The notes under the pieces are model-generated. The model was not told where the DNA came from, ran no database searches, and saw only the letters and a program-made list of their open reading frames with translations. A stretch of DNA of 64,000 nucleotides from the NCBI GenBank assembly GCA_963727555.1, contig CAVSGT010000007.1:82543-146542 (forward strand), in the 5' to 3' direction. The number at the start of each line of letters is the position of its first letter. Position 1 is the first letter of the stretch. Positions 21,680-31,319 of this stretch are shown here, piece after piece. Source of the DNA: an uncultured Alphaproteobacteria bacterium (GTDB lineage Bacteria; Pseudomonadota; Alphaproteobacteria; Rhizobiales; Xanthobacteraceae). Made by a program: the position numbers and the translations under genes.

Positions 21680-22527
21680 ACGGAGATATTGTCGATCAGC
21701 CGCGTCCTTCCGAGTTTGGCGGCCACCAAAAGCCGAATTGGCCCGTCCTTGTCGGTCGTGATTGGCGCCAGCGTCAGCGCGTGGCGTGCTTCCAGGTAAT
21801 CGAGCGTGAAACCGGCGCGTTTGATCTCGGCGCGGCTTTCAGCGAGCACGCGTGCGACCGCTTCGCCATGTTTGATGCGGGCGGCTGACCCCTTGAGCAC
21901 GCGATAAAGCGTAGGCGCCGCGGCGCGCTCGGCCGTCGATAGATAGACGTTGCGCGAGGATAGCGCGAGACCGTCCTTCTCGCGCACGGTCGGCACGCCG
22001 ACGACCTTGACGCCCAAGTCGAGATCCTTGGCCATCTGGGCGATCACGCGCAGCTGTTGATAGTCCTTCTCGCCGAACAGAGCGATGTCGGGCGCTACTT
22101 GGGTGAACAATTTGGCAACAACAGTGGCGACGCCGCCGAAGAAGTGCGGACGGAACTTGTCCTCGAGTCCTGCTTTGGCCGCTCCTTGGGGCTCGATGCG
22201 GGTGGCAAAGCCGTCCGGATACATGACCTCGGCGGTCGGCGCCCATACCACGTCAACTTTTTCGGCCCGCAGCACCGCTAGATCGTCGGCAATGCGGCGC
22301 GGATAGCTGGCGAAGTCCTCGTGCGGTGCAAACTGGGTCGGGTTAACGAAGATCGATACCACCACCCGCCGCGCCCGGCGGCGGGCAAGCCGCACCAGCA
22401 CCAGATGGCCGCGGTGCAGCGCGCCCATGGTCGGCACCAAAGCGATGCGGTCGCTGCCCTGTCGGTAGTGCGCCAAGTCTCGGCGCAGGGCGGTAACCGT
22501 CCGCAAAACTTTCGGACGCTGCGGCAT
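21676..22527 (-). CDS. panC: pantoate--beta-alanine ligase
   Basis: [37 protein letters not shown]. Confidence 0.96.
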   Translation of the reverse strand: MPQRPKVLRTVTALRRDLAHYRQGSDRIALVPTMGALHRGHLVLVRLARRRARRVVVSIFVNPTQFAPHEDFASYPRRIADDLAVLRAEKVDVVWAPTAEVMYPDGFATRIEPQGAAKAGLEDKFRPHFFGGVATVVAKLFTQVAPDIALFGEKDYQQLRVIAQMAKDLDLGVKVVGVPTVREKDGLALSSRNVYLSTAERAAAPTLYRVLKGSAARIKHGEAVARVLAESRAEIKRAGFTLDYLEARHALTLAPITTDKDGPIRLLVAAKLGRTRLIDNISV

Positions 22528-22662
22528 TTTTTAATGCGGCCTTGTCGGTGAACTGATGTAAGATAAAGTTATAGCTACCAAAGCGGCGCGGCCAAGTTAA
22601 TGGTCAACGAATAGCGAGGCCAGCGAAGCTGTGGTCAAATTCATCGGGTCATAGGGCGCGTC

Positions 22663-23583
22663 ATGTTGGTCCAACCGATCGAAGAAACTCCCCAGTCGGC
22701 ACATGTGGTCGTGCTCGGCAACGAAAAAGGCGGCTCCGGAAAGTCCACCACGGCCCTGCACATCGCGATTGCGTTGCTCAAGGCCGGACAGCGCGTTGCC
22801 ACGGTCGATCTCGACGGCCGGCAGAAAAGTTTCACGCATTATGTCGAGAACCGCCGTAGCTGGGCCGCGCGCGCGCGCGTCAAACTCGAAATCCCCACGC
22901 ATTTTTGCATCGATCGCGGCGAGAGCGGCGCGGTTGAGGAGAATGAAGCCAAGGAATTTGCCGATTTCTCCGCTGCCATCAGCTCGATCGAACACAACCA
23001 TGACGTGGTGGTGATCGACACGCCTGGTTCCGACACCTATTTGATGCGGCTCGCCCACTCGATGGCCGACACGCTGATCACGCCGCTCAACGACAGCTTC
23101 GTCGATTTCGACGTGCTCGGCACGCTCGACCAGACCAATTTCACCATCACCGGCGAAAGCCATTACGCCGAAATGGTGCGCGAGGCGCGCCGCCAGCGCC
23201 GGCTGGTGGACGGCCAGCTCACCGACTGGATCGTGTTGCGCAACCGCCTGTCCACGCTCGGCTCGCGCAACAAAAAGCTGGTCGGCGACGGCATTGCCGA
23301 ATTGGGCAAGCGTATGGGCTTCCGCTGCATCGACGGATTTGCCGAGCGCGTGGTCTATCGCGAATTCTTCCCACGCGGACTGACCGCGCTCGACGACCTC
23401 GACGAAGCAACCCTCGGCACACGGCCGAACATGTCGCATTTGACGGCGCGCGAGGAAGTGGTCGCGCTGCTTAATGCGCTGCGTCTGCCGCTTTCGGAGA
23501 ACGGCAAGCGCCGTGCCGCCGCGCGCGCCGAATGGTATTCGGTGATGGACCAGCCATTGCAGGTCCACGACGTGGTTGGCTGA
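22663..23583 (+). CDS. mipZ: division plane positioning ATPase MipZ
   Basis: GNEKGGSGKSTT deviant Walker A, IDTPG, TPLNDSFVDFD, ERVVYREFFPRGLT; divergent from panC. Confidence 0.92.
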   Translation: MLVQPIEETPQSAHVVVLGNEKGGSGKSTTALHIAIALLKAGQRVATVDLDGRQKSFTHYVENRRSWAARARVKLEIPTHFCIDRGESGAVEENEAKEFADFSAAISSIEHNHDVVVIDTPGSDTYLMRLAHSMADTLITPLNDSFVDFDVLGTLDQTNFTITGESHYAEMVREARRQRRLVDGQLTDWIVLRNRLSTLGSRNKKLVGDGIAELGKRMGFRCIDGFAERVVYREFFPRGLTALDDLDEATLGTRPNMSHLTAREEVVALLNALRLPLSENGKRRAAARAEWYSVMDQPLQVHDVVG

Positions 23584-23608
23584 TTGCACGGTTTCGATTG
23601 GCGCATGT

Positions 23609-23636
23609 GTCATGGCCGGGCTTGTCCCGGCCGTCC
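23609..23636. repeat. REP-like hairpin unit
   Basis: GTCATGGCCGGGCTTGTCCCGGCCGTCC hairpin, a common rhizobial REP form, downstream of mipZ. Confidence 0.65.
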
Positions 23637-23721
23637 GCTTCTTCAGGGCTGCCGATATTGCGCCGGCCGGCGTCAATCGCCACGTGAACACGCACGGATT
23701 GAACTGGTGTAGACTGCCGCA

Positions 23722-24435
23722 ATGAGCAAAGACCGTTCCGACCAGGCGCCGGCGCCGACCTCGTCGCGGCCCGAGATTGCCGCCTTCCTCGAGCAGGTGC
23801 GCGCGCTCGGGCCCGCGGCCGCCTCCGGCAAGCGCGGGCGGCTGATCTTCGCGCTCGATGCTACCATGAGCCGACAGCCGACCTGGGACACCGCTTGCTC
23901 CTTGCAAGCCGAGATGTTCCGCACCGCCGCCGCTACCGGCGGGCTCGATATCCAGCTCGTTTATTTCCGCGGGCTCGGCGAATGCGGCGCTTCCGTTTGG
24001 GTGGCGAACAGCGAGCGGCTTGCGCAATTGATGTCGCGTATCGACTGCCGCGGCGGCCACACTCAGATCGGCAAAGTGTTGAGCCACGCCCGACAGGAAA
24101 GCGCCAAGCAGCGGGTGCAGGCGCTGGTCTTCGTCGGCGACGCCATGGAGGAAAAGATCGACGATTTGTGTCGCGCCGCCGGCGAGCTTGGCCTCACGGG
24201 CGTACCGGTGTTCATGTTCCAGGAGGGCGGCGACCCGGTAGCCGAGAGCGGCTATCGCGAAATCGCGCGGCTGTCGCACGGCGCCTACTGCCGCTTCGAT
24301 ACCGGCGCCGCGCATGAGCTCGGCGAGTTGCTGCGCGCGGTCGCGGCCTATGCCGCCGGCGGCATCAAGGCGCTCAGCGATCTGTCGGCCAATCGCGATG
24401 CCGGCGCGCTGAAACTCCTGGCGCAGCTGAAGTAG
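23722..24435 (+). CDS. stand-alone VWA-domain protein
   Basis: LIFALDATMSR (MIDAS-like), GGHTQI, VFVGDAMEE. Confidence 0.8.
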   Translation: MSKDRSDQAPAPTSSRPEIAAFLEQVRALGPAAASGKRGRLIFALDATMSRQPTWDTACSLQAEMFRTAAATGGLDIQLVYFRGLGECGASVWVANSERLAQLMSRIDCRGGHTQIGKVLSHARQESAKQRVQALVFVGDAMEEKIDDLCRAAGELGLTGVPVFMFQEGGDPVAESGYREIARLSHGAYCRFDTGAAHELGELLRAVAAYAAGGIKALSDLSANRDAGALKLLAQLK

Positions 24436-24437
24436 CG

Positions 24438-25136
24438 ATGCCTCTGATCTTTGGCATCGTGGTGCTGGTGCTCGCCTTGTGGGCACTCAACATCGTTTCC
24501 AAGGTCGACCCAAAAATCGGCGCGCGCGTGCTCAAGGCTGGCGGCGGTCTGCTTGCCATCGGCTTTGCGGTGTTTTTGGGATTGCGCGGAGAAATCGGGA
24601 TTGCGATCCCGCTTGGCGCCTTCGGACTTGGGCTGTTGGGGTGGCTGCCATTTGGGCCGGCGGGATTTTCCGCCCGCACGCAGAAGAGCGGCGGGCAAGC
24701 CTCGCGCGTGCGCTCGCCCTTCATTGAGATGGAGCTCGATCACGACAGTGGCGCCATGCGCGGCCGCATTGTCGCCGGCCGCCACCAGGGCGCCGCGCTT
24801 GATCAGCTCGACGTCAAGACGCTCGCCGGAATGCTAAGCGAGATCGACGAAGAAAGCCGCGCGCTATTGGTGGCTTATCTTGACCGCCGGGATGCCCGCT
24901 GGAGTGAATACGCGCAAGGTGACGCGGCAACGGGGCGCGCGGCTGCTTCCAGCGGCAAAATGTCGGAGCAGGAGGCCTATCAGATCCTTGGCCTGCAGGC
25001 CGGGGCGGGGCCTGACGATATCGCTCGTGCGCACCGCACGCTCATGAAGAAACTGCATCCCGACCAAGGGGGGTCGACGTATCTTGCGGCTCGCATCAAT
25101 GAAGCCAAGGAAGTTCTTCTCCGCCGCCATCGCTGA
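24438..25136 (+). CDS. membrane-anchored protein with C-terminal J-domain (DnaJ-like)
   Basis: N-terminal TM helices; AYQILGL...KKLHPDQGG...INEAK. Confidence 0.88.
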   Translation: MPLIFGIVVLVLALWALNIVSKVDPKIGARVLKAGGGLLAIGFAVFLGLRGEIGIAIPLGAFGLGLLGWLPFGPAGFSARTQKSGGQASRVRSPFIEMELDHDSGAMRGRIVAGRHQGAALDQLDVKTLAGMLSEIDEESRALLVAYLDRRDARWSEYAQGDAATGRAAASSGKMSEQEAYQILGLQAGAGPDDIARAHRTLMKKLHPDQGGSTYLAARINEAKEVLLRRHR

Positions 25137-25246
25137 TGTACTCCTGACACAACGTCACCAGCGGCTCCTGACTTCGACACATCCCGATTATCGACTTATG
25201 TTTGCAATCCATTCTGATCTGAAAATCTTTCCGCAAAGTTTCGTTC

Positions 25247-26758
25247 TCAATTCTTCAACAGCATGCACGGAATATCTTTGCGCCTGAGGTGTTTGCAGGC
25301 GGCTTCGGCCTGATTCTTCTCAAGCCCAGCGAAGCGGGCGCGATAAAGCGTCTTGTCGCCCTTGGCCACCGGCTCGGTGAAGGGATCGGCGCTGCCGAGC
25401 ACCTTCGTCACGGTCTTCGCCTTGACCAGGCGCTGCTTGGCCTCGCCCTCATTATCGAAGGCGCCAATTTGGATCATCCAGCCGGCATGCGGTTTGGCGG
25501 CGGGTTCCGGCGCAGGCGAGGGGAGCGGCACGCTCTTGGTGGACGCCACCTTGGCGGGCGCAACTGCCGGCGCGCGGGACGCGACGGGCGCCAAAGGCGG
25601 GTCACGCTTGACGGTCGCGACGGTGGTGACCGTGACTTCCTTGGATGGCGCCTGCCGCAAACTGCGGGTGCGCACAGGTTGCGACGACAGCGATGCCGTT
25701 TGCACCGCGCCGGGCTGCACCGTGAAAGTCTTCACCGGGTTGGGGTGGATGGGAGCGGTCGAACCCGGCACCGGCGGCGGGAGCGGCGGCAGCGGCACGG
25801 CCCCGGCGATCTTTTTCTTGGCAAATTCCTTGGCGCGCGCGGCGAGTTCCCAACCCTCGACCACCGGCGGCGCCGTCCGTTTGGCGGCCGCGACTTTGAT
25901 GTTGTGCTCGATCAATCTGATCGCGCGCGCATCGCGCGCCGAGGCCGAGCGTCCGCCGAACACCACCGCTACGATATGGCGATTACCGCGACGCATCGAG
26001 ACGATTATGTTGAAGCCGAAGTCGTGGATGTAGCCGGTCTTGATGCCGTCCACGCCGGCGACGCGGCCAAGCAGATGATTATGGTTGCGCATCTCCTCGC
26101 CACGGTACTCGAAGGTGCGGGTCGCGAAGTAGTGGTAGTATTTCGGAAAGCGATCCTGGATCGCGCGAGCAAGAATAGCCTGATCGCGCGCGGTCGTGAC
26201 TTGCCGATCGTCGGGCAGGCCGGATGCGTTGTGGTAGTTCGTGTGCATCATGCCAAGCGCGTGCGCCTTGGCCGTCATCATTCTTGCGAAATTCAACTCG
26301 CTGCCGCCGATCGCTTCGGCCACGACCACGGCGACGTCATTTGCCGATTTGGTGACGATGGCGCGGATCGCGGTTCTAACGGCGATGCTCTGGCCATGCT
26401 TGAGGTCGAGCTTGGACGGCGCCTGTGCCGCCGCATGCTCCGACACAGGCAGTTCGGTTGAAAGCTTGATCTTGCCTGCTTCCAGCCGCTCGAACAGCAG
26501 GTAAAGCGTCATGACCTTGGTGAGCGAGGCCGGATGCCGCGAGCTGTCCGCGTGGTCCGCCTCCATCACCGCGCCGGAATTGGCGTCGACGACGATCGAG
26601 GCGGTGGCGGGACGATACCGTTCGGCGGTGTGCGAGCGATGATGGTGGCGTCGGCGAGCGTCGGCATTGCTGCTGACCGCTGTCGCGACCAGCAAGACCG
26701 CTAGGCCGAGCGCTCCACAGCGGAGCGCGTCACGAACTCGGCCTTCCCCACAGAACAT
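25247..26758 (-). CDS. D-alanyl-D-alanine carboxypeptidase (S11) with C-terminal SPOR domain
   Basis: PASLTK (SxxK), SAN, KTG; WMIQIGAF...YRARF SPOR. Start uncertain. Confidence 0.9.
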   Translation of the reverse strand: MFCGEGRVRDALRCGALGLAVLLVATAVSSNADARRRHHHRSHTAERYRPATASIVVDANSGAVMEADHADSSRHPASLTKVMTLYLLFERLEAGKIKLSTELPVSEHAAAQAPSKLDLKHGQSIAVRTAIRAIVTKSANDVAVVVAEAIGGSELNFARMMTAKAHALGMMHTNYHNASGLPDDRQVTTARDQAILARAIQDRFPKYYHYFATRTFEYRGEEMRNHNHLLGRVAGVDGIKTGYIHDFGFNIIVSMRRGNRHIVAVVFGGRSASARDARAIRLIEHNIKVAAAKRTAPPVVEGWELAARAKEFAKKKIAGAVPLPPLPPPVPGSTAPIHPNPVKTFTVQPGAVQTASLSSQPVRTRSLRQAPSKEVTVTTVATVKRDPPLAPVASRAPAVAPAKVASTKSVPLPSPAPEPAAKPHAGWMIQIGAFDNEGEAKQRLVKAKTVTKVLGSADPFTEPVAKGDKTLYRARFAGLEKNQAEAACKHLRRKDIPCMLLKN

Positions 26759-26861
26759 ACGCACTCCCCAACCCCGTTGGCCATGCGGTCCTAGGCCGGC
26801 ATCATGGCCATTTTGTAGCGCCACCCCGCGGCGCGGCAAATTGCGACGGTAGGGGAGCGCG

Positions 26862-26877
26862 GTTAGCAAATTGTTAA
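26862..26877 (-). promoter_or_regulatory. CtrA-box-like site upstream of the carboxypeptidase
   Basis: Minus strand TTAA-CAATTTG-CTAAC, one mismatch to TTAA-N7-TTAAC. Confidence 0.5.
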
Positions 26878-26906
26878 TCTGATGCATCGGATTTTATTGA
26901 ATTTTT

Positions 26907-26953
26907 CGCACTGCAAAACGAGTCTTGACATTTATTGTGCAGTGCGGTATACG
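26907..26953 (+). promoter_or_regulatory. sigma70-type promoter of the phasin gene overlapped by paired PhaR-like boxes
   Basis: TTGACA(26925)-N17-TATACG(26948); CGCACTGCAAAA (26907-26918) and inverted TTGTGCAGTGCG (26935-26946). Confidence 0.6.
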
Positions 26954-27035
26954 GATCAAATCCGGGTGCAAGCTCGGGTTTTCTTGCACCAGCACGTTGG
27001 CGCCGCTCCGCGGGCCGGGAAGGGGAATCAGCACC

Positions 27036-27365
27036 ATGGTTAAGAATTTAGAGGACATGCAGCAGGTCGGCAAAGAGAACATGGAAAATGCACTGAAATC
27101 GATGGGTGCGGTGTCGAAGAGCGCCCAGGCGATCGCGGTCGAAATGGCCGATTATTCGAAGAAGGCTTTCGAGGACGGCACCGCGGCGCTGGAGAAGCTG
27201 TTCGGCGTCAAGTCGTTCGAGAAGGCGATCGAACTGCAGACCGAATATGCCAAGACCGCCTATGAAGGCTTCGTGGCCGAGGCCACCAAGATCGGCGAGC
27301 TCTATGCCGATCTGGCCAAGGAGACCTACAAGCCGTTTGAAGCCCTGATGGCGAAGGCGAAGTAA
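27036..27365 (+). CDS. phasin (PHA granule protein)
   Basis: DYSKKAFE...KSFEKAIELQTEYAKTAYEGFVAE...YKPFE Phasin_2 pattern. Confidence 0.9.
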   Translation: MVKNLEDMQQVGKENMENALKSMGAVSKSAQAIAVEMADYSKKAFEDGTAALEKLFGVKSFEKAIELQTEYAKTAYEGFVAEATKIGELYADLAKETYKPFEALMAKAK

Positions 27366-27429
27366 CTCAGTCGCTGACGCGTTGCGTGGTGTGGCTGTCG
27401 TGTGAAGTTCGTAAAACGCCAGCGATTGG

Positions 27430-27459
27430 AAAAGCCCGGCTGCTGTGGCCGGGCTTTTT
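27430..27459. terminator. bidirectional intrinsic terminator
   Basis: AAAAGCCCGGC-loop-GCCGGGCTTTTT between the convergent phasin and TadG-like genes. Confidence 0.85.
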
Positions 27460-27483
27460 GTTTGAGCGACAGCCGAGCTGCGG

Positions 27484-29196
27484 CTATTGCGCAATGCGCA
27501 GCTTGGTCAAGTTCGTGCCGATGGCGTCGAAGGTCGTGATGATCTGGTCTGCACTTGTCAGCAGGAAGAATTTGCTGCTGTCCGGGAACTTGCCAGGGGT
27601 GCCCGCACAATTCTTCAACAAGGTCGAGGTCGGATCGCCGCCGGTGTTGACCTGGATCGTGTAGAGGGTGACGCCCGCGGCATTGATGTTGGCGCAGGTG
27701 CCTTTGCCCGCCGAATCATACATCCGGTCGTCGACCGATGTATTGGTGCTGGAACCGTTGCCATACCAGCGGTCCAACGTATTCAGGCCATCCGACAAGA
27801 GGATGATGACGTCGGTATAGCTGTAATTCGGATCCTTGGATGGGGCGGTGAGCGGGCCGCCGCCGACCAGCGCTTGCCAACCCCAAACCAGGCCGATCGG
27901 TTGATTGGTGGCGCCGAGCGGATAAAGGCTGTCGACCGCGCTCGTCATGTCGGTCCAGTTTTCGTTCAGCCCCATGACGTTCGGCGAGCAATAAGAGTTC
28001 TGCTCGGCGGGGAAGAGCGTTTCCTTGATGCTGGTGGTCGGCGCCGTTACCAGGCGGTCGTAGTCCTGGCTCGGGCCGGAGGATGTGCCGCGGTCAGTAA
28101 CGCAGCCGTTCCAGGTGCTGTGGTCGTTTTTGATCCAGGTGTGCGTGTAGGGCGCGCCGGTTGTCGTAATGGTTCGCTGGCAGACTTTGCTCCAGCCGCT
28201 GCCGGTGCAGGAGCAGTCGCTGTACCCGTAGCAACTGGCGTACCGACCGGTGCTCACGACGTGAGTTGTAGTCGTGGTCGTCGGCACGCTGTTGTAGCAG
28301 CCGTTGTAATAGATGCCGATCTTGGTGGAGTCTTTGTTGCCGCCGTCGACACCCGGACAGATATAGCCGGCGTAGGCACCGCTCGATGGAATCGTCGACG
28401 TTGTGGAGCTGTTATTGGCAGGGCTCGTCGTGCAGCGGAAGCCGTAGCTCGAGCTGGAGAACGGGCACGACGAGCCCGGTCCGATCTGGTCCCAATTGTA
28501 CGGCTTGGACGTTTTCAGGATGGCAGGTTCCGAGTCCCAGTCGGTCCAGTCGATCCAGGAGGCGCCGTAGTTCGCGCCGTCGAGATTGACGTTCTTGCTG
28601 AACGGGATGATCGACACATAGACGTCGCCGCTGTTGGTGACGGCGTTTTTCAGCTGCGTGAGCAGATTCTTGGTCGCGGTCTTGAGCGCGTCGATCTTGC
28701 CGTCATCCGCCATCGATCCGGTGGTGTCGAGCACCAGCGCGACGCGCAATCGCGAGGAGCCCCACTTGGCGGTCGCGGTGCCGCTGACGGTGAGCTCATG
28801 ATAGCCGATGACCGAAAGGAACTCAGTGGTCATGTCGGCCGAGGCGCTCACCAAAAGCTGCGAGCCGCCCGAATTGGAATAGGTCGCCGTGAAGTTTACG
28901 TTGTTGGCTTCCGGTTGATCGAATTGCGCTTTGAAATAAGCCTCGGCGGTGTCCTGAATTTGCGTCTCGTTCAGGGTCGCGGCGTTCTTCGACACCATCA
29001 ATGCGGTGGCATCGAGCGCCGCTTGCATCTTGGTCTTGAGTGCGTTGGCGCGGCTGTAGTCGACCGCTGCGCCGACGAAGGCCAGGATCGGAATCAGCAC
29101 CAGCGCGAAGGTGATAGCGACGTTGCCGCGCGCGGCGGCCTTGAAGCGAAGGGCGGCGCGGCGCAGGTGAATAAGTGCTGTTCGAATGCGCGACAT
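27484..29196 (-). CDS. TadG/CpaL-like pilin-vWA protein, copy 1 (570 aa)
   Basis: Pilin-like N-terminus RG|NVAITFAL...GAAVDYS; MIDAS-like LVLDTTGSM, GATNQ, LLSDG; 141-aa insert with 8 Cys. Confidence 0.88.
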   Translation of the reverse strand: MSRIRTALIHLRRAALRFKAAARGNVAITFALVLIPILAFVGAAVDYSRANALKTKMQAALDATALMVSKNAATLNETQIQDTAEAYFKAQFDQPEANNVNFTATYSNSGGSQLLVSASADMTTEFLSVIGYHELTVSGTATAKWGSSRLRVALVLDTTGSMADDGKIDALKTATKNLLTQLKNAVTNSGDVYVSIIPFSKNVNLDGANYGASWIDWTDWDSEPAILKTSKPYNWDQIGPGSSCPFSSSSYGFRCTTSPANNSSTTSTIPSSGAYAGYICPGVDGGNKDSTKIGIYYNGCYNSVPTTTTTTHVVSTGRYASCYGYSDCSCTGSGWSKVCQRTITTTGAPYTHTWIKNDHSTWNGCVTDRGTSSGPSQDYDRLVTAPTTSIKETLFPAEQNSYCSPNVMGLNENWTDMTSAVDSLYPLGATNQPIGLVWGWQALVGGGPLTAPSKDPNYSYTDVIILLSDGLNTLDRWYGNGSSTNTSVDDRMYDSAGKGTCANINAAGVTLYTIQVNTGGDPTSTLLKNCAGTPGKFPDSSKFFLLTSADQIITTFDAIGTNLTKLRIAQ

Positions 29197-29487
29197 GGCG
29201 GCGTTCAGGCGCGGATTACGCTCGACTTTTGCTTACGCCGAACAACTGAATGGGCGTGTAGCCGATCGACTAAAATCCGCGAGCCTTTATTAAGCTTTGG
29301 CGGCGCCATCCGGTCGGAAGCGCAGCGATTGACGACACTTAGATCGTTAATGTCAGGGTGCTTTGCATCGAGTGGTGCAAGCAACCCATGCATTTGCCGC
29401 GTAACGGCAGCGTGATGTCTGCGCAGGCGCGACAGGGCTGCTTGAACGCATGTGAGCGGAGCTGCAGCTCCGCTCACATGCTTTCGT

Positions 29488-31067
29488 TTATTCGTATGGC
29501 GCAATCCTCAGCTTGGTCAGGTTGGTGCCGATGGCATCGAAGGTGGTCACGATCTGATCCGCCGACGTCAGCAGGAAGAAGTGATCGCTCGTGCCTGACG
29601 TGTTGCTGGCGCAGTTCTTCAGTAGCGTGGAGGTCGGATCCTTCCGGTGTTGACCTGGATGGTGTAGATCGTGATGCCGGCCGCCTTGGCGTTGGCGCAG
29701 GTGCCGTTGCCAGTCGAGCTGTCATACATCCGGTTGTCGACCGACGTCTGGCTGTTGATACCAGCGATCCTCGGTGTTCATGCCGTCCGATCAGCAGGAT
29801 GATGACCTGTTGGTACTGGTAGTTAGGATCGACCGACGGAACGCTGAACGGTCCGCCGCCGGCCAGCGACTCCCAGCCCCAAACCAAGCCGATCGGCTGA
29901 TTGGTGTTGCCGTTGGCCGACATGCTTTCGACCAGAGACTTCATGGCAGTCCAGTCGTAGTTAAGGCCCATCATCGATTTCGGGCAAGAGCCATATTGCT
30001 CGGCCGGGAACAGCGTTGCCGGAATGCTCGGCGTCGGCGCGGTCACATCCTGGTCGTAGCCGGCTGACGTGCCGGGAGCTGTCGATGTGCCGCGGTCGGT
30101 GAAGCAGCCGTTCCAGGTGCTATGGCCAAGTGTCTTTGGGTCGTCCACGTACGGCCTCGGTCCAGGCTTGCCGGCGTCCACGTCCGCGCCGGACAGGACT
30201 TAACCCCAGCAAGATGCACGCCAGCTCTCCCTCGACTATTTCCGATTGGTGCAGGTGCCCGACAGATGCAGCAGGATGCTTTGTGTCTCGGACATTTGAG
30301 ACCGAGCAACTGCCAGACTGTGTCGATACATTTGCTGCGTGGCGCACGTTAGCCGCGCGACGCTGCTATAGGGGTGCCATTGCTGCCGTCCCAGGAATTA
30401 TCGGTGCCGTCGTCCCACTGAATCCAGCTATCCCAGGACGAGTTGTAATTCTGTCGGGTCGACGCTCACGTCTTTCACGAAGGGATGATCGACACATAGA
30501 CGTCGCCAGGCGTGCTGACGGCGTTCTCTAGTTGGGTCAGCAGATTTTTGGTCGCGGTCTTGAGCGCGTCGAACTTGCCGTCGCTTTTCATCGAGCCGGT
30601 GTTGTCGAGCACCAGCGCGACGCGCAGCCGCGAGGAACCCCACCGTGTGGTGGATGAACCGTCGACCGTCAGATCCTTGTATCCGAGGACATTGAGGAAG
30701 GTGGTCGGTACGTCGGCTGAGCCGTTGACGGTCAAAGACGTGCCACCGTCCAGTCGTATAGGACGCGGTGATGACGATGTTGGCGGCTTCCGGGCGATTG
30801 AACAGCGCCTTGAAGTAGGCGTTGGCCTGCGTCTGCAGATCGTCCTGCGAAAGCGACGATGCGTTCTTCGACAGCATCAGCGCGGTCGAATTCGAGCGCG
30901 TCTTGCATCGCCGCCTTGACGGCATTGGCGTGCGTGAAATCGACGGCAAATCCGACGGCGGCGATGATCGGGATGGTGGCCATCGCGAACATGACGGCGA
31001 CATTGCCTCCGCGCGCGCTGCGAAACGCAGCGAAGGGGCGGCAAATGGATTTCCAAACGGACGACAT
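29488..31067 (-). pseudogene. TadG/CpaL-like pilin-vWA protein, copy 2, multiply frameshifted
   Basis: Same blocks (RGGNVAVMFA, LVLDNTGSM, HSTWNGC, GNTNQPIGLVWGW, KLRIA) scattered over frames; indels near 30890, 30750, 30482, 30452, 29791, 29758, 29641 and more in the insert. Confidence 0.8.
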
Positions 31068-31319
31068 GGCGGTTCACCGATAACGGTTGATTTCGCCTGC
31101 CGTCATAATCCTCGCTGTTAAAAGGCCGGTATATCGCTATGCGGAAAACCTCGGCCTACCGGTAAGGCTCGCGCGCGTGCTTCGGCATATTAATGTATAA
31201 AATCAATCGCTTGGGTGGTTAACCACCACTGCCGCAGATACCGCGAATGCCGAATAGTTCTTAGTGGACGTCGTTAACGCTCGGTTGTTGCGACCGCGGA
31301 TTGGGGCGTTTTGCGCCGT

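Noticed and set aside
21544-21888. ORFs 21544..21888 and 43059..43496 sharing the N-terminus MPPNILLAHDLFR
   Set aside because: The shared peptide is translation of the MITE; the rest is antisense to panC or dinB
22597-24486. Long antisense ORFs (e.g. 22597..24486, 27487..29415, 14238..15743, 56717..58582, 48133..49563)
   Set aside because: Shadow ORFs typical of high-GC DNA, lying opposite well-supported genes and lacking recognisable motifs
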